64,000 bases of DNA from Hypanus sabinus (lineage: Eukaryota). Positions 50,348 through 60,870 of this stretch are shown here, one piece after another. Where the stretch lies: positions 44,950,001 through 45,014,000 of the forward strand of contig NC_082716.1 of NCBI RefSeq assembly GCF_030144855.1. The letters are read 5' to 3'. Each line of letters begins with the position of its first letter. Positions within the stretch are counted from its first letter, which is position 1. The notes below the pieces were generated by a model that worked only from the letters and a program-made list of their open reading frames with translations, was not told the DNA's origin and made no database searches. A program made the position numbers and the translations under genes.

Positions 50348-50795
50348 GTGCTCAGTTTTGTTCTCCATCGACTGCACATTTGCTGCCAAAATGCTGGGCA
50401 GAGTGAGCTTCATCCCTGTGTTTCAGCCTAGCTTGGAGTTCTCCTCTCCTGTCTCGCTTCCGGCAATGGAGATGATCCTTCATCTGCTTAAAGGTGCTGT
50501 ACCTGCTTGCTTTTTGAGTTCTTCAGAAGATAGTGAAATCTGCAGATCATTAAGTTGATTCAAAAGCACATTACTTAAATGGAAATTACAAGCTAATAAA
50601 TTAGAATGATTACAAGTCATTAAGATGTTGAAGGAAGACATGAAATTATAAATATAATGCCTTCAAAATCATAGACTTAGGCCACCTCTATGCTTCAAAA
50701 ACAAGAGGAAATCTGCAGATGCTGGAAATCCAAGCAACACACACAAAATGCTGGAGGAACTCAGCAGACCAGATAGCAGCTATGGAAAAGAGTAC

Positions 50796-51240
50796 ATAGA
50801 AACATAGAAAATCTACAGCACAATATAGGCCCTTCGGAGCACAATGCTGTGCTGAACATGTACTTAATTTAGAAATTACCTCGGGTTACCCATAGCCCTC
50901 TATTTTTCTAAGCTCCATTTACCTATCCAGGAGTCTCTTTAAAGACCCTATTGTATCTGCCTCTACCACTGTCGCCGACAGCCTAGCATTTTAAAAATGT
51001 GCCCTCTTGTGTTAGCCATTTCAGCTCTGGGAAAAAGCCTCTGACTATCCACACAATCAGTGCCTCTCATCATTTTATACACCTTTATCAGGTCACCTCT
51101 CATCCTCCGCTGCACTAAGGAAAAAAGGCCGAGTTCACTCAACCTATTCTTATAAAGCATGCTCCTCACTCCAGACAACATCCTTGTAAATCTCCTCTGC
51201 TCCCTTTCTGTGGTTTCCACATCCTGTAGTGAGGTGACCA
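50796..51240 (-). mobile_element. CR1 3' fragment
   Basis: (catagaaa)n tail; ORF 50963-51379 has [23 protein letters not shown]; same family as 51586-55382. Confidence 0.85.
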
Positions 51241-51585
51241 GACCAGTCCAGATGACGCTTGTGCCGACACTGGTATCACTCCCCAACTTTTCCTTTACTA
51301 TATTGACAACTGCATTGGTGCTGCGTCCAACACCCATATGGAGCTCAGCAACTTCATCAACTTTGCATCCAACTTCCACCCTGCCCTCAAATCTACCTGC
51401 TTCATTTCTGACACTTCCCTCCCCCTCCCCCTGTCTCTCCCCCTCTCTCCCAAGACAACTTATCTACTGATGTCTATTATAAACCCACTGTTTCTCACAG
51501 CTACCTGGACTGTACCTCTTCCCATCCTGTTACTTGTAAAAACACCATCGCTTTCTCTCAGTTCCTCCATTTGTGCCACTTCTGC

Positions 51586-54500
51586 ATTGAGCTGCAGCTC
51601 CTTAGGGACCGGGTTAGGGAACTGGAGCTGCAGCTCAATGACCTTCATCTGGTTAGTGTAAGTGAGGAGGTGATAGAGAGGATCTAAAGGCAAGTAGTCA
51701 CACCGGGGCCTTGGGAGACAGATAAGTGGGTAACAGCCAGGAGAGGGAAGGGCAAGAGTCAGATACTAGAGAGTACCCCTGTGGCTGTCCCCCTTAAGTA
51801 CTCCTGTGTGAGTACTGTTGGGGGAGACGGCCTAACCTGGGGAAGCAACAGTGGCAGTTCCTCTGGCACAGAGTCTGGCCCTGTGGCTCAGAAGGGTAGG
51901 GAAAGGAAGAAGGCAGCAGTAATAGGGGACTCTATAGTTAGGGGGTCAGACAGGTGATTCTGGATGGTAATTTGCCTCCTAGGTGCCAGGGTCAGAGATG
52001 TTTCTGATCGCGTCCACGATATCCTGAAGTGGGAAGGTGAACAGCCGGAGGGTTTGGTACATATTGATACCAATGACATAGGTTGGAAAAGGGAGGAGGT
52101 CTTGAAAGCAGACGACAGGCAGTTAGGAAGGAAGTTGAGAAGCAGGACCTCAAAGGTAGTAACCTTGGGATTACTGCCTGTGCCATGCGACAGAGAGTAT
52201 AGGAATAGAGCGAGGTGGAGGATAAATGCATAGCTGAGGGATTGGAGCATGGGGCAGGGATTCAGATTTCTGGATCATTGGGATCTCCTTTGGGGCTGGC
52301 GTGACCTCTAAGAAAAGGATGGGTTGCACTTGAATCGGGGGGAGGGGCAATATCCTGGCAGGGAAGTTTGCTAAGGCTATTGGAGAGAGTTTAAACTAGA
52401 ATTGCTAGGGGGTGGGAACCGAACTGAAGAGACGGAGGAAGGGGCTGTTGGTTTACAAATAGAGAAAGCTGGAGACAGCGTGAGTGAGAAGATAGGCAGG
52501 TGATAGAGAAGGGATACGCTCAGACCGATGGTTTGAGCTGTGTCTATTTTAATGCAAGGAGTATTATGAATAAAGCAGATGAGCCTAGAGTATGAATCAG
52601 TACTTGGAACTTGTACAGAGACTTGGATGGCTCAGGGGCAGGAATGGTTACTTCGATTGCCAGGCTTTAGATGTTTCAGAAAGAACAGGGAGGGAGACAA
52701 AAGAGGTGGACGTGGCACTTCTGATCAGAGAGAGTGTCATGGCTGTAGAAAAGGAGGAAGTCTTGGAAGGATTGTGTACTGAGTCTCTGTGGGTGAAAGG
52801 AACAAGAAGGGGTCAATAACCCTACTGCGTGTTTTTTATAGACCACCCAATGGTAACAGGTACATCGGGGAGCAGATAGGGAGACAGATTGTGGAAAGGT
52901 GTAATAATAACAAGGTTGTGGTGGTGAGTGATTTTAATTTCCCCAATATTGATTGGCATCTCCCAAGAGCAAGGGGCTTAGATGGGGTGGGGTTTGTTAG
53001 GTGTGTTCAGGATGGTTTCCTGACACAAGATGTAGATAACCCTACAAGAGGAGAGGCTATACTTGATCTGGTATTGGGAAATGAACCTGGTCAGGTATCA
53101 GGTCTCTCATTGGGAGAGCATTTTGGAGATGGTGACCATAATTCTATCTCCTTTACCATAGCATTGGAGAGGGATAGGAACAGGCAAGTTGGGAAAGTGC
53201 TTAATTGGAGTAAGGGGAAATATGAAGCTCTCAGGCAGGAAGGTGGGAGCATAAATTGGGAGCAGATGTTCTCAGGGAAATGTATGGCAGAAATGTGTCA
53301 AATGTTCAGCGGATCTTTGTGTGGCGTTCTGCATTGGTATGCTCCAATGAGCCAGAAAGGATGGCAGGGTACAGGAACCATGTGTTCAAAGGCTGTTGCA
53401 AATTTAGTCAAGAAGAAAAGCTTATGAAAGGTTCAAAAAACCTAGGTAATGATAGAAATCTAGAAGATTATAAGGCTAGCAAGAAGGAGCTTAAACATGA
53501 AATTAGGAAAGCCAGAAGGGGCCATGAAAAGGCCTTTGTGGACAGGATTAAGGAAAACCCCAAGACATTCTACAAGTATGTGAAGAGCACAAGGTTAAGA
53601 CGTGAGAGAATAGGACCAATCAAGTATGAAAGTGGAAAAGTGTGTATGAAACTGGAGGAAATAACAGAGATGCTTAATGAATACTTTGCTTCAGCATTTA
53701 CCACGGAAAAGGAACTTGGTGATTATAGGGATGACTTACAGCAAATTGAAAAGCTTGAGCGTATAGATGTTAAGAAAGAGTACGTGCTGGAGCTTTTGGA
53801 AAGCATCAGTTAGGTTAGTCACTGGGACCGGATGAGATGTACCCCAGGCTACTGTGGGAGGCAAAGGAGGAGATTGTTGAGCCTCTGGCAATGACCTTTG
53901 CATCATCAATGGGGATAGGAGAGGTTCCGGAGGATTGGAGAATTGCAGATATTGTTCCATTATTCAAGAAAGGGAGTAGAGATAGCCCAGGAAATTATAG
54001 ACCAGTGAGTCTTACTTCGGTGGTTGGTAAGTTGATGGAGAAGATCATGGGATGCAGGATTTATGAACATTTGGAGAGGCATAATATGATTAGGAATAGT
54101 CAACATGGCTTTGTCAAAGGCAGCTCATCCCTTACCTCTCTTGTAATTGAATTTTTTGAGGATGTGACTGAACACATTGGTGAAGGTAGAGCAGTAGATC
54201 TAGGTAGAGCAGTAGATCTAGTGTATATGGATTTCAGTAAGGCATTTGATAAGGTACCCCATGCAAGGCTTATTGAGAAAGTAAGGAGGCATGGGATCTA
54301 AGGGGACATTGCTTTGTGGATCCAGAATTGGTTTGCTCATTGAACGCAAAGAATGGTTGTAAACGGGTGATATTCTGCAAGGAGGTCGGTGACCAATGGT
54401 GTGCCTCAGGGATCTGTGCTGGGTCCCCTTCTCTTCGCGCTTTTTATAAATGACCTGGATAAGGAAGTGGAAGGATGGGGTAGTAAATTTGCTGATGACC

Positions 54501-55382
54501 CAAAAGGTTGGGGGTGTTGTGGATAATGTGGAGGGCTGTCAGAGATTACAGCAGGACATTGATAGGATGCAAAACTGAGCTGAGAAATGGCAGATGGAGT
54601 TCAACCCAGATAAGTGTGAGGTGGTTCATTTTGATAGGTCAAGTATGATGACAGAATATAGTATTAATGGTAAGACTCTTGGAAGAATGGAGGATCAGAG
54701 GGATCTTGGGGTCTGAGTCCATAGGGCACTCGAAGTTGCTGGCAGGTTGTCTCTGTAGCTAAGAAGGCATATGGTACATTGGCCTTTGCTAACTATGGGA
54801 TTGAGTTTAAGTGCCGCAAGGTAAAGTTACAGCTATATAGGACCCTGGTCAGACCCCACTTGGAGTACTGTGCTCAGTTCAGTTCACCTCAGCAGAGGAA
54901 GGATATGGAAACTATAGAAAGGGTGCAGAGGATATTTACAAGGATGTTGCCTTGATTGGGGAGCATGCCTTATGAGAATAGGTTGAGTGAACTTGGCCTT
55001 TTCTCCTTGGAGCAATGGAGGATGAGAGGTGACCTGATAGAGGTGTATAAGATGATGAGAGGCATTGATTGTGTGGATAGAGGCTTTTTCCAAGGGCTAG
55101 CATGAGAGGGCACTGTTTTATGGTGCTTGGAAGAAGGTACAGAAGAGATGTCAAGGGAAGTTTTTTACGCCAAGAGTGGTGAGTGTGTGGAATGAGTTGC
55201 TGGCAATGGTGGTGGAGGCGGTTATGATAGGGTCTTTTAAGAGACTCCTTGGAATTTGGAGTTTGGAGTACATGGAGCTTAGAGAAGTAGAAGGCTATGG
55301 GTAACCCTAGGTAGTTTCTAAAGTAAGTGGGCTGAAGGGCCTGTATTGTGCCGTAGGTTTTCTATGATTCTATGTGTTTCTA
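51586..55382 (+). mobile_element. CR1 LINE, about 3.8 kb, with SGNH-esterase ORF1 remnant and decayed ORF2
   Basis: Coiled coil ELQLLRDRVRELELQL; VIGDSIVRG, VHIDTND, DGLHLN (esterase blocks); APE YFNARSI, YRPP, DFNFP, DHN; [41 protein letters not shown]; (TTCTATG)n tail; TCTGC TSD. Confidence 0.92.
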
Positions 55383-56038
55383 TCTGCTCTTGGGATGAGG
55401 TGTTTCAATGTAGAACTAAGGAGATGTCCTCCTTCAAAGAAAGGGGCATCCCTTCCTCCACCATCAATGCTGCTGTCAAATGCATCTCTTCTATTTTGCA
55501 CACGTCTACCCTCACCCCACTCTACCGTCACCTCACCAGGATTAGGTTTCCTCTTTTCCTCACCTACTTCCCCACCAGCCTCTGCGTTCAGTACATAATT
55601 CTCGGTAACTTCTCCAGCAGGATCCCACCACCAAGCACATCTTTCCACCCCTCTCCCCCCCCCCCCCCCCCACCACCACTTTCTACTTTCAGCAGGGATT
55701 GCTCGTTTCGCAACTCCATTGTCTTTTCATCCCACCCCCACTGATCTCCCTCCTGGCACTTATCCTTGCAAGTGGAATAAGTGCTGCACCAGCCTCTACA
55801 CCTCTATCCTCACTACCATTCAGCGCTGCAAACAGTCCTTCCCGGTGAGGTGACATTTCACCTGTGAGTCTGTTGGGGTCATCTGCTGTATTCGGTGCTC
55901 CTGGTGTGACCTCCTGTATATCGATGGGACCTGATGCAGATTGGGATACCGCTTTGCTGAGCACCTCTGCTGTGTCCTCCAGAGATAGTGCGATCTCCCA
56001 GTGGCACCCATTTTAATTCCACTTCCTATTCCCATTCC

Positions 56039-57576
56039 ATAAGACATGGGAGCAGAATTCACCCATTCAGCCTATCAAGTCTGCTCTGGCTGATCCCGGA
56101 TCTCACTCAGTCCCATACACCTTCTCGCCATATTCTTTGATGCCTTGACAGATCAGGAAACTATCAACTTCCGCTTAAATATATCCATGGACTTTGCCTT
56201 CATTGCAGTCTGTGGCAGGGCATTTCACAGATATACTGCTGTCTGGCTAAAAAAAATTACTTTTTATCTCTGTTTTAAAAGATCACCCTCAATTTTGAGG
56301 CTGTGTCCTCTAGTTCTAGATATGCCCACCATAGGAAACATCCTCTCCACATCCACCCTATCTTGTCCTTTCAATATTTGGCTGTTTTCAATGAAATCCC
56401 CATGCATTATTCTAAATTCCAGTGAGTACAGGCCTAAGGCCACCAAACGCTCCTCTCATGTTAACCTCTTCATTTCCAGTATTACCCTTGTGAACCTCCT
56501 CTGGACTCTCCAATGACAACACATCCTTTCTGAGATATGGAACCCAAAACTGTTGGCAATACTCTGTGCAGCCTGACTAGGGTCTTATAAAGGCTCAGCA
56601 TTATCTCCTTGCTTTTATATTCTATTCCCCTTGAAATAAATTGCAACATTGCATTTGCCTTCTTAACTGCAGACTCAACCTGTAAATTAACCTTCTGGGA
56701 GTCTTGCATGAGGACTCCTAAGTCCCTCTGCATCTCTGTTGTTTGAACTGTTTCCCCTTTTAGATAATAGTCCACATTATTGTTCATGTTGCCAAAATGC
56801 ATTATTGTACATTTTCTAGCATTGTATTCCATCTGCCACTTTTTGCCCATTCTTCCAATTTGTATAAGTCCTGCTGCAATCACGTTGCTTCCTCAGCACT
56901 ACCATCCTCTCCACCTGTCTTTGTATCATCTGCAACTTTGCCACAAAGCCATCAATCACATCATCTAAATTATTGACAGGTAGTGGTGTCAATATTGACC
57001 ACTGAGGAATACCACTAGTCACTGGCAGCCAACCAGAAAAGGCCCCTTTTATTCCCACTTGCTGTCTCCTGGCTGTCAGCCATTCCTCTATCCATGCCAG
57101 TATCTTTCCTGTAACTGCATAGGATTTTATCTTGTTAAGCAGTGCCATGTGTGGCACCTTATCAAACGCCTTTTGAAAATCAAAGTAAATGACATCCACT
57201 GCCTCTGCTTTGTCCACCCTGCTTGTTACTTCCTCGAAGAACTAACAGTTTTATCAGGCAAGATTTCCCTTTACAGAAACCATGCTGACTTTGGCTTATC
57301 ATTAGTCGTCGTGTCCCAAAACCTCATCCTTAATAATGGACTCCCAACACTTTCCCAACCATAAATTCCTTTCTTTTGCCTTCCTCCCTTCTTAAAGAGT
57401 GGGGCAACATTTGCAAACTTTCAGTCCTCCGGGATCATGTGATTCTTGAAAGATAATGGCCAATGCATGCATTATCTCTTCAGCAACCCCTCTCAGGTCT
57501 CTAGGATGTTGTTTATCTGGTCCAGGTGACTTATCCAACTTTGAGTTTGCTTTGCACTTTTTCCTTTGCAATAGCA
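56039..57576 (-). mobile_element. CR1 LINE RT/3' fragment
   Basis: YFDFQKAFDKVPH, SGIPQ, WQMEYNARKC, RTRGHSLKI; ATTCC repeated at both junctions. Confidence 0.88.
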
Positions 57577-58942
57577 ATTCCGACATGTCAGTCATGGTCT
57601 CCTCCACTGTTGCAATGAGGCCACACTCAGGTTGGAGGAGCAGCACCTGATATTCCGCCTGGATAGGAAACTTCAGGTAATGCCTCCTCCTTCCCCACCT
57701 CACCATTCCCATTCCCATTTTCCCCAGTCAGCTTATCTCCTTACCTACCTATTACCTCCCTCTGGTGCTCCTCCCCCTTTTCTTTCTTCCATGGCCTTCT
57801 GCCCTCTCATATCAGACTCTCTCTCCCTCTCCCCCCCACTTCTCCAGCCCTGTATCTCTTTCACCAATCAAGTTGTCAGCCCTTTACTTCATCCCTCCGC
57901 TCAACCCCCTTCCCGGTTTCACCTATTACATTGTGGTTCCTCCTCTCCCTCTCCCTTCTTTCTTTCTTTGTCTTATTTTTATTTCCAGTCCTGATGAAAG
58001 GTCTCTGCCCAAAACATTGTCTGTATTTTCCATTGATGCTGCCTGACCTGCTGAGATCCCCCAGCATTTTGTGTCTGTTTCAGAAGATAGTTTTGCATTT
58101 ACAGGAAATTCCTCTTCCCCAAGCCATGACCTCTGCAGCAGTAAAGTAATTATTGTTCAAGGACTCTTGGCTTAGTGACTTACAGATTCATAAGAAGTGG
58201 GAGAATCATTGATATCTTAGAAATCCATTGATTGTAATGATCCAGTAATTCTGATGGATGAAGTTAACTTGTTATTCACATGGCTACAATTCAAAGCTCT
58301 TCCTGGATGGATGTTTTATTATTGTCAAGAAGGTGTTCCACCAAATAGGAGACTTCCGGATGTTAATCTGGTCCACAGATAGAAAATATTCAGAAAAATA
58401 GAATATTGCTATGGGAATTGGTCAACAGCCAGAGTGACATATTTCCATTTAATTTTACATCCTGCAGTAGGATGTTCAATGTTAAATTTCAGCTGCATAA
58501 TTTCACATATTAATATGCCTTGAACATATCATCCATGTAAAGGGAAATGTAATGAAATTGGGAAGAAAATAAGAATGCAAGGAAAATATTTGAGAAAGTT
58601 TGTAAATGATGATGAGGGTAAGTGATGTTACTTGTGATGAAGAGATACTGAAGAGTTTTAAGTTAAAGGATTGAAGTTGAAAACTAAGTTTAGAGTAAGT
58701 TGGAGATAAACAGCAATTTAACCAACCAACCCATTTACATTAGGACAGTCATGAGTGAAGTTATTAAGACAAGATAGTCTTTTCTGAGAGAGAATGCCTT
58801 TCCAGAATTTACCATTACAGTGTGACAACCGTGAACAGATGAAAGGAGGAGAGGGAGACTATGCTGTTTAATGGCTGCTCAATACTAGAACATAGTACCA
58901 GTATTATGTACTGGTTATGTACATAATACCAGTGTAATATAC

Positions 58943-59014
58943 CAGTTGACCATTCCTTATCCAAAATGCTTGGGGAAGGAGGTGTTTCAGATTTCAGAGT
59001 TTGAAATATTTGCA
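58943..59014. mobile_element. Tigger4/MER46-like MITE remnant
   Basis: cagttgaccattccttatccaaaatgcttggga..gtttcagattt..aatatttgca. Confidence 0.5.
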
Positions 59015-59018
59015 ACTA

Positions 59019-60232
59019 CATTTGCACGAAAAAGGTTTCTGAACCCTTTGCAATTACCTGGTTTTCTGCATTAATTACCCATAAAATGTGGTCTGATCTT
59101 TATCTAAATCATAATAATAGACAAACAAAATCTGCCTAAACTAATAACACACACATAATTGTACTCATTAATACTCAGTGCACCATTTAATCAGTCACAG
59201 TCAAAGTTCATAAAAATATATGAACCTCTGGGGTGATGCCTTCTACAAATGCTATTTGGAGTTAGGTGTTCTAATCAATGAGAGAAGATTGGAAGTGAAG
59301 GTTGTAGAGGAGCCTTGCCCTATATATATATATATATATATAATAAGAAACACAAAGCCAGGTTACTGACAGAGCCTGCACTTCTCAGGAAAGATCTGTT
59401 TATGTGCACCATGCCTCAAACAATTTTCAGAGAACCTTAGAAGAAGAATTGTGGAGATTCAGGAAGATGAAAAGGGTACAAAAGCATTTCTCAAGACCTG
59501 AGTGTTCATCAGTCCACAGTAAGAGAAATTGTCTACAAAGATAGGAAACTTAGTACTGTTACTACTCTCCCTAGGAATGGGCATCCTGCAACTATCACGC
59601 CAAGAGCACAATGTCCAAAGTGAAAGTAGGTGAAAAAGAACCCAAGGGTAACAGCAAAAGACCTGCAGAAATCTCAGACTTGCTAGTTTTTGTTCATGTA
59701 TCCACTATAAGAAAAACACTGAACAAGAATGGTGTTCATGGAAGGACACAATGGAGGAAACCACTACTCCCCAAAAGAAACATTGCTGCATATCTCAAGT
59801 TTGCAAAAGACCACCTGGATGCTTCACAACACTTGTGTAACAGTGTTCTGTGGACAGATGAGACAAAAGTCGAACTTTTTGCCAGAACTCTACACTGTGA
59901 TATTTGGAGGAACAAGGGCACTGCTCACCAACCCCAAAACCACATGCCAACTGTGAAGCATGGTAGAAGGAGCATCATGGTTTGGGGTTGCTTTGCTGCC
60001 TCGGGGCCTGGACAGCTTGCTATTGTTGAGGAGACAATGAATTCAAAATTGTATCAAGACATTTTGCAGAAGAATGTCAAGGTCGCAGTCCATCACCTGA
60101 AGCTTAATAGATGTTGGATGATGCAACAAGACAATGATCTGAAATACAAGAGTAAATCATGAATGGAATGTTTTTTTTTAAAAAAAAGAAAATTTGTGTT
60201 TTAGAATGGCCAAGTCTAAAGATGAAATCCAT
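59019..60232 (+). mobile_element. Tc1-like DNA transposon, 3'-truncated
   Basis: TA|CA..gaaaaaggtttctgaaccc left TIR; transposase ATG at about 59411; ORF 59611-60162 has RKPLL, VLWTDETKVELF, TVKHGRRSIMVWGCF, QQDND; breaks off at the WPS..NPI motif; no right TIR seen. Confidence 0.88.
59321..59342. repeat. (TA)n microsatellite inside the Tc1 5' region
   Basis: Read directly from the sequence. Confidence 0.9.
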
Positions 60233-60619
60233 TTACATTACATACATAGCTATGCACAGCTGGTGTGAAGCACACAGAGTGTCGGAGCACAGCCTGACGG
60301 AATGGAGCTGTGAGATTGTGAGAGTTCAATGACTGCCCCCAAGTGCATCTGTTACTGAGTTCCAGCGCTGTGATTGGCTTTGCAACCAAAGATTCAAAGT
60401 ACATTTGTTATCAAGCTATGTATACAGAAACAACTCTTGAGAGTCAATAACCCAGAAAACAAAGAAGCACCATGGAACCTGTTCAACAAAACATCAAACA
60501 CTTAATGCTGAAAAAAAGAACAAACTGTGCAAATGGCAAAAAGCGAGTGAATAACACATAGAATATCAAACTATCCAACATCTATTCCAAGCAGCTTCCC
60601 ATTCCACAGCAACTATGAT

Positions 60620-60870
60620 GGGAAGGTGTGCTAGTTTTATATAATATTTTTAATAAAGTTGTATATTCTCCTGTGATCGAATAAGTTTCTTTTGGTTGCT
60701 CTGATTTCCTCCCACATTTCAAAACATAGTTAGGATTAGTGAGTTGTGGGCATGCTATTCTGGCACCGGAAGCATGTCGACATTGCACAATCCTCGCTGA
60801 TTTAATTTGACGCAAATCAATGCAATTCACTGTATGTTTTCATGTTTTGCACTTGTGACAAATAAAGCTT
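60620..60870 (+). mobile_element. SINE (V-SINE/HE1-like)
   Basis: ggttgctctgatttcctcccacatttcaaa central motif; ends gtgacaaataaagct. Confidence 0.6.

Larger units (their letters stand above)
46520..50560 (-). mobile_element. Rex1/Babar-like LINE, decayed; interrupted at about 49297-50347
   Basis: Minus ORFs: TGCITAWYGN, STGAPQGCILSPLL, YSSAFNIIIPSK, FSKSDH, CSPNLEYLTVKC. The APE N-terminus (PSILAANVQSMENK) lies beyond the insertion. Confidence 0.8.
50700..58078 (+). mobile_element. Penelope-like element split by CR1 insertions
   Basis: Inverted terminus 50700-50795; RT remnant (YIDNCIG, YYKP..SHSYL) 51250-51585; continuation 55383-56038 (GIY-YIG region); 3' part and terminus 57577-58078. 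Confidence 0.8.

Noticed and set aside
57985-58022. Additional functional hammerheads at 57988, 24070, 5982, 23495, 25686, 45955
   Set aside because: Core mutated (GAAA to AAAA/AAAG, CUGA altered, or stem II deleted); counted as decayed copies only.
59611-60162. Domesticated or active Tc1 transposase gene
   Set aside because: Frameshifted N-terminus, premature stop, and missing the catalytic Glu region and right TIR.
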